A DNA stretch of 62,494 nucleotides, filler included, from Choristocarpus tenellus KU-1152 (taxonomy: Eukaryota > Protista > Phaeophyceae): NCBI GenBank assembly GCA_964200185.2. It is 10 parts of 10 records of this genome, joined end to end, with 100 filler letters (N's around TTAATTAATTAA, not from the genome) between each part and the next. Parts side by side here need not be neighbours in the genome. Positions count along the whole stretch, not along the records: positions 20,665 to 38,925 come from CAXNAD020000573.1; positions 39,026 to 42,313 come from CAXNAD020021019.1; positions 42,414 to 46,797 come from CAXNAD020014801.1; positions 46,898 to 54,292 come from CAXNAD020006219.1; 6 more parts are not named here. The stretch is one strand, 5' to 3'. Position 1 is the first letter of the stretch. Every line of letters begins with the position of its first letter. The notes beneath the pieces were generated by a model that saw only the letters and a program-made list of their open reading frames with translations, did no database searches and was not told where the DNA came from. The translations under genes were made by a program, and so were the position numbers. Below, piece after piece: positions 36,296 to 50,484 of this stretch.

Positions 36296-37549
36296 CCTTG
36301 CAAACGATGGGAGAGCAATAGGAATGAATATACTCGGTGTATATTTATTGCATCTATTCTAAATTTACAGGTACGCTAGGTTCTGCACAACATGAACAGA
36401 AAAATGAGAAATAAGATGATCAGCAGTCATTGCAGACCAAGACAAATGGCAGTGAGTCAGTGCATCCTAGTCAAAGGGTGCTCATCTGAAGTTGTTGTGC
36501 GGCACATGAGAAAATATAGTGGAGGGCACTAGGAACAATAGAATGATAGACGGGTCCAAGAGAGAAAGAGAAAAGACCCTGGGATTCCAAAACTTTAGTC
36601 ACCACTGAATCTGACCAAAATTGTAAGCAAAGAGCATAATTTTCTTCTTCTGCCACATCTTCTCAACAGGCAAGCTAGTCAACAATAGAACATACTTCTA
36701 TTCATTGTTTATATTGTCAAGATTGTACCTACACCAATGACATTAAGCAAAGGTTTTGTGGATCCTGCATATTTTCTGTCCCTGAAATTGCGTTTTCAAA
36801 CGCTTTCAGGAGGAAAACAAAGAATACACAACTAACGAGAACAATATGTATATGAAAATACAACAACAGTATATGTTCAACAACAGTATATGGAAGTAGT
36901 ATGAGAAGTTTGCCACCCCAGGCCCCTGGCAGGGGGAAGAAGTATGTTAAGGTTGGTTGTTCACAACGATGCTGGAGAAATACTTTAAAACTGTGCTGTG
37001 AAAGGTTCATATGCTGAGTGTTTTGTTGCTTGGGGAGCTGTAGTGATGATCAATAATATATGTAGTATGCCTATCGTACATCACCGCATGTGGAGCTCTT
37101 GCTTTGAAAACTATTTGTGGATGTCATTACATATCTCTTTATCAAGGGTTGTCGGGTTGTTTAGACCAATCAAGAACTAAATACTTCATTCAAATATGTC
37201 GAATATACTGTGGTCAACTCTAGAGTGCAGGAGGAACGTGACTACTACCTTTGTGCTTGCTCTCTCGAAATATATACATCCACAACATGCTTGTATGGTG
37301 AGTGAGGCCCTGTGGGATAGGCATGGCGGGAAAAGTGCTGAAGAAAAGAAGGATTGCAGCACAGGACAGTACAAGGAATAGAAAGGAACAAATACCTCAT
37401 TCCTGTCCGTTAATCAGGTTAATCTAAACTCAACTGGGAATGGAAGCGCCGCTTGTCCTGCGTACGTACATCCTATGATATTTGCCCACCAAAGCAGCAG
37501 TAACTCTCCATCTGGGCCTCAAAAGAAAACGAGGTCAAGATAGAAAGGA

Positions 37550-38640
37550 AAAGGGAGATGAAACACCACGGTATCTTGAAGGCAACATGCCAGATCACCA
37601 GACTTTCTGGGATCATATTACCAAAGTATATCACTTGCTGGCAATCCTACATTGTGATTCCATATTTTTCTTCTTCTGGTGTGTATTCAGGTTCCACATA
37701 CAGCCCTGACCTAATTTTTGGTGATACTACATAATGAAAGAGATAAAGTAAATGCTGAATTCCAGGAATACTGAACAAAATAGCAGAAGTCACCCTCATT
37801 ATCACAATATAGTAAAATTGCACTTGATCAGCCCCAACAAACAACCCTGCCCCTCCATCTCGACACACACCTCAAAAACAAATTTAGTCTGAATTTGAGA
37901 CCTTGGAGACCTACACCAATCATAAACAGTAGTCTTGGTGGGACCCATATACTCATAAATTGACATAAAATGCCAGCGCCCTGTGTAGCATACTTTACAA
38001 CTAGAACCCTACGCCAAAAATACCTCCTGCCTGCCCCCCTTCCAAACACGCATGAGGCTACCACTCAAAATGTGACTATCGGCCTGTTCATTCGTTGCAA
38101 AAGTGGAGCTGAGAATGGACTCATTGCAAGGTGGAACAAGTCCATCATCGCTTCATGTTTTGTCAGTTCTTTCTTAATTGAAGCAACCATGAGTGAGGTT
38201 AGCAACCTCGTAGTATATAGTGAGTGTTAGAAGTCACGAAACTCGTAATAGCTAACACACTTCAAGGGGGGCGACACCTTAACCATGGTTGAAAGACAGA
38301 CAGACATTAACATCTCATTTCAAGACGTTTGTCAAGACCTTGGTCTATGATGCTTTCATTAGCTTAGAATCCTCTTGCAACTTTGAAACTCTCAAGTACA
38401 GCCCATGCAGTCCTTCCTTTGTTCCTTTCCTCCTCGTGCCACTTGAGCACTGTGGGTGCTAAATAGAGGATCTTCTCCTCGCCGTCTTTCCCCCCCAGTA
38501 AAGTTCCAATAGGCTTACCAAGGCATGCACCCTGCATTTCCTTTTTCTCCTAGAGCTGCTGAATCGCAGTGGTCGCCAACTGGTGGAGCTCACCCCCCCT
38601 CTTTTACTCACACACTCCTCTGCGCGCGCGAAAGCATTCC
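37550..38640 (-). mobile_element. Possible decayed LTR-retrotransposon gag remnant
   Basis: Stop-riddled frames KILYLAPTVLKWHEEERNKGRTAWAVLESFKVARGF and GRVVCWG (knuckle-like); weak. Confidence 0.25.
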
Positions 38641-38925
38641 ATCCTGGTCATGGAAGGATGGCAGTAACCCATTATAGTTGTTGCAAGTGAGGCACAGGAG
38701 TAACACTATTTTCACTCAATAGCAGTGCCGCAACGAGTTGTCTGGGCTTGTGTCATTCTCTTCAAGGGAGTAATCTGTTGACAAACCTTAAAGAAATGAT
38801 CGCAACATGAGGTGCAGGCACCAAGCACACAAGAGGATGCTGTTGCAAGGGACACCTGTTCGTAGATAATGCTGCTGCAGATACACTATAGACACCATCG
38901 GTGGAGTAGATTAGGAAATGCAGAC

Positions 38926-39025
38926 NNNNNNNNNNNNNNNNNNNNNNNNNNNNNNNNNNNNNNNNNNNNTTAATTAATTAANNNNNNNNNNNNNNNNNNN
39001 NNNNNNNNNNNNNNNNNNNNNNNNN
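38926..39025. other. Artificial contig spacer
   Basis: Same linker. Confidence 0.98.
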
Positions 39026-39478
39026 TTACATGCACTACCACCCAAACATCCACATTTAATTGCCCGGCAACAAAGCAAAATCTGGGTTAACCCCCCCCCC
39101 CCTTCCCACCCCCATAAATCCTTGGTATTTGCATATACAACCGAACATAAATATCCCTCCACTCTCTTACTATACCTTTGTTTGCATATTCACTTCTCTC
39201 CGCTTGGTTTGTCTGCCTTCTTCCTTCGATCCTTTCCAGGCAAAGGAAGTTCTCTCTCAGGTGAGGGTAGGTAGCTGTGATCATTTGTTCTTCCACCACC
39301 ATAATTCCTGTAGGCATGGTCATAAGGTGATGGGGGACACAGCAAGCAAGCAACACATAGGGAAGGGTCAAGTTTGGGACAAGAACCGATACAAAACACC
39401 TAGCTCTTAACACCTTGCAAATATTTATGTAAGCTTGAACGTGTGTAAGCTATATGCCACATACACATTCGGACGCAC

Positions 39479-42057
39479 CGCTTCCCTCTCCTACTGCCTG
39501 CCTCTCCTAGGCTCTCAGAAGTCCCCGATCCCCGTGGAGATGGGCCCATGGGGGATTCCGACAAAAGTCCCTTCTCGGCGCCACTTGATTTCCTATGCAC
39601 CCCCCGGCGTGAAGAACTCGCATGCCCTCGCGGCCTTAGAGGCTCATCCCTTGGCATCGCATCATTCATGCCAAATGAGCTACGCATGGGGCGAGGGTGG
39701 GGGTCCTCCTTCACTCTCTCCACGCTCGAGCTGCGACGATGGGGCTTCCTTGGTTTGCTCTCAGGGGTCAAGGGCGTATCAGGAGGGCAGCTGTCTCTCC
39801 GCTGCAGGATTCGCCTGAAAAACAGTGTGGAAATGTGAGTGTGTGGGTGATGGGGCTTACCATATGTTTCAAGGTCTTACCCCCCTTTCTAGCTTGGTTG
39901 TTTTTGTGTGACATTTAAGTGCTGGGAGTACTTGCTTCTCACTCTTGTCTCGTGTCGTCCTGGCGTTGAAAGTCAAGAAACACCTACCCAGGATTCGAAC
40001 CCCACAACTTCAGATCAAGACTACCGGCTTGGTATACACATTAGTGAGATTTCAACATCTTAATGCCCCTCCCCTCACAACTCACTTGCTCCTTGTATTT
40101 TGGGGCATATGAAGAGGTGCGGTAACAGACTCTGTTTCCCTCCCCTCCTCTCTACGTGTGTCCGACTCCACAGAACCCTGAGGAATGAACTGTTGCCGAG
40201 CTGCCTCGAACATTCGGAGTGAGGATGCCTCTGCAAGCTCACTCTTTGGGCTCAGCACCTCCTCCTCCTCCATTGCAAGCATTGCCGCTGCTGCTCCTGC
40301 ATCTCTGGTGGCCTTTTCAGCTCGTAATGCCTTCTCCTTGGCCCGCTTGGTTACAGTCTCCTCCCTCACCTCCCTCACCTCCTGTACCCTCTTCTTCACC
40401 TCCACTTTCTGACTCTTATCTGCAAGTGTTGCAGGCGTGACTCTTCTCACAGGATCAGTCACAGCTGATCTCACTTTGCTCACCTCAGCAAGCCTTGCTG
40501 CCGTTGCACGCCGCGACATCTCCTCCCTACGAGCCCTGCGGGCAGCTACAGAGGCTGTCTCAGATAATGCAGGACTCTCCAGCAAACGCTCCCCCCTCCC
40601 CCCCTCATTAAGACTTTCAATTATGCTTTCACTACCACTCTCCAAGTCCTCATCTTTCCCTTCTTCCAGAGACAACCCTTGAACATCCCTGCCACTGTTA
40701 TTGTAGATGTTTTGCTGTGGCTGTGATAGGGATCCCTGCAACCGCTGCTCTTCCTTGAGTCGTTCCTGGAACTGTGCTTGTTCTGCTTCATCTTCTGCCC
40801 GCTGGACAAAGCTGCTGGCTCCACTGCTCTCAGAGATGGCCTTCTCATAACGAATCATCTCCTCAAGAGCAGGAGGGTCAACGCCACCAAGCTGCTCGAG
40901 GCGTGATCTGATGCTGTGGATGATATTGGGGTCCACCTGTTCGAAGGACTCCAGCCTGCTGAGCTGAAGAACACAAATCGCAAGACACAGAACACAAAAA
41001 CGCAAATTAAGATCAAGGATTTCAAGAAGTAGATTCATTTCTTTATTCATGTCTACTATAGCATGCGATAAAAACAAACTTGTGCACTGGTTCGGAGGTC
41101 ATACACGGCAACTCAGCTACCATTCTTGACCACCTTTATTGCATCAGTCGAACAGTAGACATAGGAGTATCATAGCTTCCTTATTTTTACTCAGATATGA
41201 GCTGTAGCAATCACTTCTCAGCAACTCGCATGTCTAGAAATAAACAACTACCCACCCAAATATCGTGTTTGTTTCTGCATGTTATATGTAAATTGTGCCG
41301 AGGGTGACTGAGGGTCAGTGATAGTGTGAATGATTATGGTTGCTGTACTCTACCAGACACTTCAGCGGCTGTTCAAATCAGTTAGTAAATTATAATTATC
41401 GCAGAGAGTCACTTGCTGTACAGGAGGGCCTTGGTTGTAAACATTACAGTCTCTTGTTTTGGTGTAAGTTGAATGTTCTTTGTTTCTCCTCCGTGACAAC
41501 ACCAAGAAAAAATACAGCATTGATAACAGGCTACACCAATTCTTAAATATACACAAGTAGAGGAAGTGTTGAGTAAGGACTCCTAATCATAAATTACAAA
41601 CAAACGCACTCGAAAAAAGCTGCCAGCCAGATCATGCACCTAACATGAATCGCATGCCATTCATCCGTCTTTTCCCCTGCGTTGGGAGAGGGGATCATAA
41701 TGCCTTAATCATTACCCTAGGGGAGGTCCTCATCTGTGCTACCTACCCTCAGTATTCTTGCCCACTCCCCCGTCACTCCAATTTCCTGCCTATTTGCATA
41801 CTGTACCACGTTTTGTACACCAAGAGCGATAATTGTAGTGTTGAAGCAGATCGATCGCTTGTCAAGCAGATAAATTGTGTTGTGATCTCACCATGATCTG
41901 CAGCTCCTCCTTCACAGAATCTTGCTCTTTTCCAACAGGGGCGTTAGATCCGTTGCGAGAGTTCTTAGATCCCTTCTGCACTCCCCAGCCGTTGCTGCCA
42001 TTGGATTGCACAGAGAGAGGTGTATGCATACCCCTCACAGGAGACCGGTGAGGATCC
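39479..42057 (-). CDS. Internal fragment of a gene for a low-complexity, charged/coiled-coil protein
   Basis: GT-AG exons 42057-41892, 40963-40086 (878 nt, most of the 331-aa ORF) and 39814-39479 join in phase with no stops; E/R/S-rich; no family recognised. Confidence 0.75.
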
Positions 42058-42204
42058 CTAATGAAAAGGGACATAGACAGCCGTGTGTTTAAAAATAGCA
42101 GCAGGAACGGGTTCAGAGACTGCTAATACTACATTTGGACACAATACAAACACAAAGCACTACAGTACAGTGCCATACAACTCAAACTTCTTACGAATAA
42201 ACAT

Positions 42205-42313
42205 GGATCGAAGTATCTGGGGGGGGGGGGGGGGGGGGGGGCCCCCCCAGGGGGGCCTTTGGGGGGGGGGGGGGTGGGGCGCGTTCTTTTGGGCGGGGAG
42301 GAAAAAAAAACAA
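42205..42313 (+). mobile_element. MITE family A terminus running into low-quality poly-G sequence
   Basis: GGATCGAAGTATCTGGGGGG followed by degraded G-rich sequence up to the contig end. Confidence 0.65.
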
Positions 42314-42413
42314 NNNNNNNNNNNNNNNNNNNNNNNNNNNNNNNNNNNNNNNNNNNNTTAATTAATTAANNNNNNNNNNNNNNNNNNNNNNNNNNNNNNN
42401 NNNNNNNNNNNNN
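42314..42413. other. Artificial contig spacer
   Basis: Same linker. Confidence 0.98.
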
Positions 42414-45400
42414 ATGTGTGAAGTCGCACCTCCCTTCCTTCCACCAATCTATTAGCTTTGGGTAAACCTCTGTCAACACATGCCAAAGATTAAGGGGGGA
42501 TGAGTACTTGTCATTCCACAGTTCTGCCTCGACACGAGTGAGAAACACAGCTTTTCTCGCTGCGAGTGCTTCTATGTCGCCGGCACACAGTGTCTTCTTG
42601 ACATTACCCACACCACGGCACAAGCCATCGAGGATTCCCCTGTGCACGTAGCACTGATCGCCAAGGACAAGAAGATTCGCAGATTTGACAGCCTTCATCA
42701 ACCGGAAACCGTGGTCACTAATAACCTGTTGAAGGACACAGGTTTGCACACGATAATATGTTGATGAGGATAGGTTTGCCGAGCGGAGGAGTTCATCCGC
42801 GCAAGCCTCAAGGAATCGATCTGTCATTTCGGTGTGAAACTTACCATCGTCCGACATGGGCAGTTCGTCTTCGCTGTCGGGCAAGTCCACATCACTCCCC
42901 TTCGACTGAGATGGGTTGTTCTGGGATGATGTCTCCCCACCGCCATGCACTGTAGAGAATATATTATTCAGCAAGGTTGCTGGCGGGGTCGCAGGCGAAC
43001 GCTTTCCCTTGCGAGTGGGAATGCGTTGTTTGGGAGTAGATCCTTGTGAGGATCCCAAACCCCTGACAACAGCAACATCCCCGGAAGGCCTCCTTCGCTT
43101 AATGGGGGGTGATCGACAGTATGCATCGACCTCTTCGACACCAACCTCTCCACTTGCTGAAGAACTGTCATCGCTCTCGTCATCCTGGACTGATTCCACT
43201 TTACGTGTCTCGGTTGTCCGACGCCGTGTGGGTGGCAACTGCATTTCTTCCGTGTCGGAGTCGATAGCATCCCTCCCAAGAAGAACGGATACGAGGTCAT
43301 CTTCCGAATCACTCTGGGCAAGAACTGGAAGAGGGGAGGTGCTGACACCCTCGGGCGCGTCCAGATTGCCGCAAAGTCCCCTGTCCTTTTGTTGCGCACT
43401 GTTAGCGTCTGGCCACCACTTGCGACATAGTTTTGCCAAATCGCGTGCAAAGCCTTCCTCCTTCTCAGGGTCACGATTCCCCTGCAGCATGGCAAATACG
43501 TGGACCGCCGCCCCTGGGTTCAGAATCAGAGATGACAAGCCATCGTTGAACGAACTCCTCAGCTTGGCCCATGCATCGTCGGTGTGATGTACCACACAAG
43601 TGGTGTTCCCTGGCGCGATGACAACACAGGTGGCACGCCTAGAATCTGGAGCGGTGTGCAGAACGGATGTCAGGAGTGGAGAGCGAAGAGTATCTTGTGT
43701 GTCTTCGTGGGGGTTAGGGCAACTTGTAAAATGTTGCATTAGTGTTAAAACACATACAAGGGACCTTAAGGTGAACTCGTTACTTATTTTTGTGCGGGAA
43801 GTGAGGAACATGTACATAGAACATACTTATATATGGGGCAGTTAGAACGAGTTTCGAGCTTCTCTTGCACGACATCGTTATGGTTATCTTTGACCTTTTG
43901 AGATTTCAGGGGGATGGGAAACAGACGAGAGTCGTGCATGTGTCAGTACTATCTACAAATAAAGAAAGGGAATGGGTTCTATAACATTATCCATTCATAG
44001 AAATGGTAGACTAGGTTGCGTGTCAATATCATATGACACTCTTGACTAAACCCATTTCAGGTCTGATGGTACTTCTTCGCAATAGCAGTATTAAATGCAT
44101 TGTTGCTCAATCGCTGCTCCATTTATCATCATTTAATGAAACGTGTATTTCGAGTTGCTTGACCTCACCTCCTAGTCCTTTCGGGAGGGCAATACCCTCG
44201 GAGCCTTCTACAATCTTCAGGAAGATGTCACCTTTTTCAACACCTTTCATCATCAATCTGCTTCCAACCTTTGAATCACAGGGGTGGGGTGTACGTAAGA
44301 AGTAAGAACGGGCTAGTTAGAGCGCGCAGACGTCAATTAAGTTGGTACCAGAGTCCGTGTAAGTCCTACCTAATACGCATACGGGTAATATAAGATTTTA
44401 TAAAGAACACACTCAGGCGAGAAAGTCGAGAGTGTAAAAACGTCAACTTATGGTACTAATTACCTCCTCTGATAGGATGTATGGTTCTTTCGCAGCTTCC
44501 CCCGTAGATGGAGGGTTTGGATTCTATGCCACAGTGGGGTCGATTCCGAGCTCATATTGGAGCTTGAGTTCCTTCATCTTCTGCACTGTCACCTCCTGAA
44601 CTGCCTTCTCGATGAAGACTTCCTTCATGTGCATTCTCTTGGTGAATGCAATTTTCTGTTTTTCACTAGAGAAGGGGAGTTGGTCTTCGTTACCCTCGGA
44701 GGGACTGGCCCCCTTCATAGTTCCTTCGTGCACTTCGTTCTTCCCTTTCGAGGAAGGTTTCTTGATCTTAGTGGTGTGCTCCTTCTTGGGACGGACACCC
44801 TTCAGTGTTCTCGAAACCTGAAGGAGGCGAATTGCATATGGAGTGGCGAGGGACAGAAGTAGGATATTGTGGGCATTTTCTTCCTCAGTGTAAAACTTTG
44901 CCGTATAATCAGGTACTGTCGTGGAGTGCAGAATGTGATATCTATCTCGTAAAAGTGCGATTAGCAGTATGCACGAATGCGTACTCGTTCTACATTGTTG
45001 GTGTATTTGGGGATATAAGGAACGCTGAGCACAACCGATCACACCAATAAAGGAGAAAAAATGCATTCCATTGTGTCGTATTATAGCTTTGTTTTGACAA
45101 CATGCACTTTGAATATATCTTACATCGAAAATCAGATTGAAAATCTTGATGTTAAAACAAACGACCCTCTATGTCGAGTATGTTGTGAGAATTTCGATTT
45201 TTGTGCATGTGCTGTGGATGATGCAGTGGGCAGAGCAGTGATCGGTGCGGGGATAGTCATCTGTATATAGGGTCTATGAACAATCCTTGCGGTTTCGGGG
45301 CTTACCCATTCTTCCGGAAAGCTTTCTTTCCCGGACACGTATGCCAGGGAGAGCAGCTCAGTTGGCAACTTTTCAGCCGCCTTCTCGGCGAACATGGCGG

Positions 45401-45524
45401 CTGCTGCCTCAACGACATCCTTCCACTTACAGCCTCGCGGTGAGTCCTCTCCGAGGATGCCAGGGTCTTTGGCACCCAATAGGTCGGTGCACATTCTGAC
45501 AAAGTATTGCATCCTCGTTTGTTT
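42414..45524 (-). CDS. Uncharacterised gene or pseudogene; ORF of more than 460 codons plus upstream exon-like blocks
   Basis: Open frame 43817-42414 runs off the contig. Exon-like blocks 45524-45306 and 44817-44464 have GT-AG borders in phase 0; the latter contains an in-frame TAG at 44526-44524. Confidence 0.5.
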
Positions 45525-46797
45525 CTGGAGCTACGCACGGGGAGGGACGAGGATAATGTCTTAGTTGATGGTGGCGTCACGATATGATGCGAAGTACGCG
45601 GAACATAAAGGTGGTGGGGGCAGCGAGAGTCGCCACCGAGTGTGAGATCAACATGGAAATTTTGTCGTAAGCATGCTAATGGCACTATGTACGGAATGGA
45701 CAAGATGGAGGGACACGCCAATTTTAAACATTTGAGAGGAGATGGGTCTACAATGGAGATTTGCAGTCAGTGGACACCTTTTGATTTCCTCCTGCCAGAA
45801 TGAATGATACCCTGTGGTACCTTTAGGATCATATCTGTTCGATGATGGGAGCCGATCGTGCTTCGGAAACAGACTTTTCTCTACATGAGGTCTCTGGTGG
45901 AAAAAGACGGAATCAATCTGGAAAGCGCAGCGTGTGCCCTGAAAGTAACAATTTCTTCGATCGAAAAGATGTATGAATAAATTATTTGTCGCCCTACTTC
46001 ATCTATACAAGTATCTTTTTGCAATTTGTTTAGATGAATTCAATTTTGTTCGGCAGGAGCTATTTCCCTCCGAAAAATGACCTATTTCTAGTAAGGTGTT
46101 ACAACGTTGAAATCTTGGCTAAGACGATGAAAATGATCAGATACGGTCCTTCCTACCTAGAGTCGACACACTCGTCCTGCCTACCTGTTGCCTGTAGCCG
46201 TGGCTGAATCCGCCGCTGTTCCTGAGGGACTCGATGGCGGCCTTGTGGTTCGCGTCCCAGAGCACAGTGAATGTATGAACCGCCCTGAAGTCGAACTTAC
46301 CCTGTGTGCCGATTTACGCAACATTGTGGAGGAGAGGGCAACGTCTGTGATGTCATATATGATGAGGATCCTTACAGAGTTCGTCGTATCATGGACTCAC
46401 ATCGTGTCAGCCTAAGTATTTCTATGGAGGCACGAACTCTGCACAATAGACATATGTGACCCATCAAGGTTAGTCTTTCATTTGCTGAAAGCGAAACTGA
46501 CTTGGTTCGCTGCGGTTGGGTGGATGGCAGATTCGGTCAGAAGGATTTCATGTTGTATGTATTAGTGAACGAAGGCTTTTCGTTCAGCATGTGCGATAGT
46601 GGGTTCAACGGCTGTGCAGCCGAATTTCATCGACCGCATATAGTTCTCTTTACATATTCGAGTGGTTGTTTGACAAGGTCATGTTCGTAATCTACTCTGA
46701 ATTACATATCTCGTCCGGCAAAACTCACCTCGACAACCCACTTCTACTCTCCACTCCTCTATCCCCCCCTTTTCAGGAAATGGGGTGTCGGGAGACC

Positions 46798-46897
46798 NNN
46801 NNNNNNNNNNNNNNNNNNNNNNNNNNNNNNNNNNNNNNNNNTTAATTAATTAANNNNNNNNNNNNNNNNNNNNNNNNNNNNNNNNNNNNNNNNNNNN
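46798..46897. other. Artificial contig spacer
   Basis: Same linker. Confidence 0.98.
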
Positions 46898-49800
46898 AGA
46901 ACCAATGGGAAGCCAAGCCCCAAATGGACAAACAGGGCAAAACTCGTACCTACTTTCACTCGGCAGCTAACAAGTCCTTGACAATAGTGCACATCACCAT
47001 ACCTCCTTCTTTGGTCAAAGGTGTTAGGTAGGTAGTTGGCAGTTGACGCCCTTATTCCTTGTCTCCCTCAGCTCTTGCCCTCAGTCTCATAGTATCTTAT
47101 AGGGGTGTGTGTCTATCTCAGGTTGTCCATATGGGGCTTGATGGGGTTTTGTAAGATACCCCAGTTTGATGCCTGTTTGAAGGGTGAATTTCCTTTGGAT
47201 TTGGCACAGTAAGGTGGGTGGAAAACGAAGGTGCCCTCAGATGAAGGAAATTACATTTCCATTGGGCACATTCGCTCAAGAAGCATGAAATCACTAAAGG
47301 TTCACACAGGCCCAAATGGATGCCTGAACCCCCTCTAGGATAATTTGGGCCTCAAGATCTCAATGTAGCTGGGGCTAGGCCAAGTGCACATGTGATGCAA
47401 CAAAACAATTCCAAAGACTTGCAGCCAGTACTCACCCATCTTCCTGCTTCCCTGCTCCTTCTTAATTGTGTTGGCCACCTCTGTGTCAGACTCTTCCTGA
47501 TGGGTTTAGATCATCGGTAAAAGATGGCAACAACTCTGCATATTCTGATCCCCCAATTTTCATATCCATTGCCATTGACTGAAGCAACAGCTTAGGCACC
47601 CTTGACTTGATGAAGCACAGCTATTTCTCTCTAGAAAATGGCTTGGATTCACATTTGGCATCCTATGCTAAATCGATCACCCTGGAAAAGGTCAGCAATG
47701 CCCAGCAAATTTGCAATGTTGTAATATAATATTTCTTGTTGTTGACAATTTCTCAAGTTTGAAATAGATAGCAGGAATTCAGGGGTATGAGAAGTAGGTG
47801 CTACTGATTGTAGGTATTGTGGAGCAGGAATGTTTGGAAGTGATAGAAATCAGCTCAATGGGTGTTCTGCATCTGTCACGATGTCTTTGCCTAATCTTGT
47901 TATCAGAGCTAGGTCTTCACCCCCATCTCTCTCGTCCTTCATCACACAAACTCCTTCCTCCTGACAATCAATGCAGCTATGACCTTAGAGGTCAAGCCTT
48001 TCGTGTAGTGGTTGCAATATCAATATCTATCATCTCCTTTGATTTGAGGTGATCCAAACATGACAACATCCAACCCTCGTCCACCTTGATCAAGGTAGCA
48101 AGCTTGATTGTTACTCCAGAATCATTCCCTTGTCCAGAAGTTGCTTTAGTATTGGTTCCCCCTTAGTTATCCCTTCAAAGCTTGGGGAGAGTCCATTTTT
48201 TAGCAACTTCTGAAGAAGGGAAATGGATTTGAAGTGAAATTCAAGCTTGCTTCATGAACTGAGGTGGATAAGTGTTGGACATTGTTGGCAAATTTGAGCC
48301 ACCTCGAGGCAGAGGAGATGAGAAATATTGTGTTCACTGCATGAAAGGTTTAACTAACCTCTTAGGTCGTACTTGCATTGGTCGTTTTTACTGAGAATGG
48401 GTGTAATAATTGACGTTAGTCAACATCTCTGGTAAGTCTTACTTGTTTCATACCGCTAGATTAGAGATATCCATTGCTACATATACCAGAGTACATGTGT
48501 GTGTCATGTGGTTGGGATTTTTATATTTCTCTGCATTTACAGTAAGGGCATCTATGTACTATCTATCCATCTATACGCCTGCCATATACCAAATATTGTC
48601 CTCTTTTTCGTCATCTTCAAAAATTACTGATCGTACAGAGCTGGTGGGTATCCTTTTTCACACTCCTCTACCCTCCAAAAATCGACACATATTAATATAT
48701 CTACTTAGAGGATCTCTTCTTCTCCCAAAGTTGCACCTGGCAAGGGGTGGTGTGTTGCATTGAGAGACAGGAGTGCTTCCCACGTGGTCCATGAAGTCCA
48801 GAGTTTCCTTATCAAAATACTTGGTGATGAGTGACTTTGAACCTCCGCACACCCTAAAACACCATTATTGTGTAGGAGTGCTCAATTTCAGCTAAACATT
48901 GAGGTACATGTATGACAGCACACACCTCCAATTATAATTTGCTTCAACCCCGTGTGTCCCCTCCACAATCGACTTTTTCAATAACATGACTACACATGAC
49001 ATAATACCAATAATATTCAACACAATTCAGATATATTCCAACTTCACTGAGGATGACATTTGGAATGTTTGTGGTGATGCCACGAGCCTGTTCTGCGATG
49101 GACAGTACCTGACTATCCCGTGGACAATTGAGCTAGACATTGCAGAATTTACGATCACATGTATTCTCCCGGAGTGTCCGCCCTCATCTTTTGCAGAGCC
49201 TGCTTCTGTGTTTGAAGATGCCGTCTCATCTTCAAAGGTGGGGAGAGGAGTACCTTCGTTTGTTTTCTTGAGCCCACATGCATTCCATTTTGACTGGTAA
49301 AGTATCTATTGAGGGCAATGGCCTCCCTGCATACTGTATCTTCCATCCCTACACCTTACTCCTCCTGCTGCAGCCTCTCATAAACGATGTGGGACAGACC
49401 TACAACTACATCATGCCTAGATGTTGTCTCAAGCATTTTGAATGATTTCATGAAGGAGGGAGTACATGGACATATAGTATTGTGCTGTATTAGTAGTGCC
49501 CACCAATTCTATTCTCGAAGATCTCAGGTTCATGTTCTTCCTGGAGAGGTGAGTGAGAATCTCCCCATGTTACTGGTGAGTTCGATGGGCACCTTCATAT
49601 GGACGCAATCAGTGTCATATACTGCAGGTGGGAAAATATGCTGTTTAAAACAAACACGTCCAATAAGCAAGGGCTTGAGTTTGCAGACATTCCACGTCCA
49701 GCACATGCTTCGCCCCTTCAGAGGCATTGCCACAGCCCATAGCCTCACACTTGATAGAAATGCTGCCCTCACCACCACCTGGTGTTGTTATGAAGGACGT

Positions 49801-50484
49801 GTTTGAGGTGTGTGCAAAAGATCCACACAAATGGCTCTGGTGCAGCACTATAAATATGTTGCTGCCTCCCCGCCCCCGCCCCAGCTCCCCTACGACTACT
49901 GAATCGTGCCACTCTGAGTATTATTTGTCAGGCTCTTGTCCGCTCTATCAGGTTGTCCATATACTTCATATATTTGTGCATGCAACACAAAGCGCAGTTG
50001 CAAAGACTAGAACAAAGTGAGCAACCACAGTACTAGGTCCATTCACCTAGTGCTACATAGTCCTTGTACAGACAGTACTTGAAAGAAATAATATGCTCTG
50101 GAGTATCCATGACCTGAACTGCAAATGTGGAAATATACCTACCACAAGCCACGATTCTAAGCCTATGGCCGACATCTACCTCACAGCCCTGACCGTGACC
50201 CTTGACCACTCTTCTCCAATGGTATCTTCTATACTGTTGTCAATTCTCCACCCCTGTGATATGGCATCCGTTACTATATTTTGCTGTCTTGCTCTATCTC
50301 CTCTATTTTTCACAGCACTGATGTTTTCAACCAACCTACCACACAGAACCATAGCCCCCCACTACCTAAACTTCATTGTCCGGATCCTAACTATATCCCC
50401 TAGCCCTACCTCTATATCTGCATCCCTAACCCCACTCCACCCCCATCGATTATCCTGTGCTTATATGCTGTAATGTTTCTGCAG

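Noticed and set aside
39983-40045. tRNA gene or tRNA-derived SINE on the minus strand (GGTTCGAATCC B-box at 40001-39991)
   Set aside because: No convincing A-box, acceptor stem or T-stem pairing; at most a decayed SINE head
42916-43587. 223-aa plus-strand ORF and other antisense ORFs in the track
   Set aside because: Shadows of the opposite-strand coding frame; most 60-120-aa ORFs here are intron, microsatellite or N-gap artefacts
46184-46412. ParB/Srx-like motif TVLWDANHKAAIESL on the minus strand
   Set aside because: Differs from DGNHR, sits in a frame with several stops, and another frame is equally plausible
49600-49800. piggyBac-type Cys-rich domain (NVCKLKPLLIGRVCFKQH) on the minus strand
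   Set aside because: Cys spacing incomplete and no transposase core seen nearby
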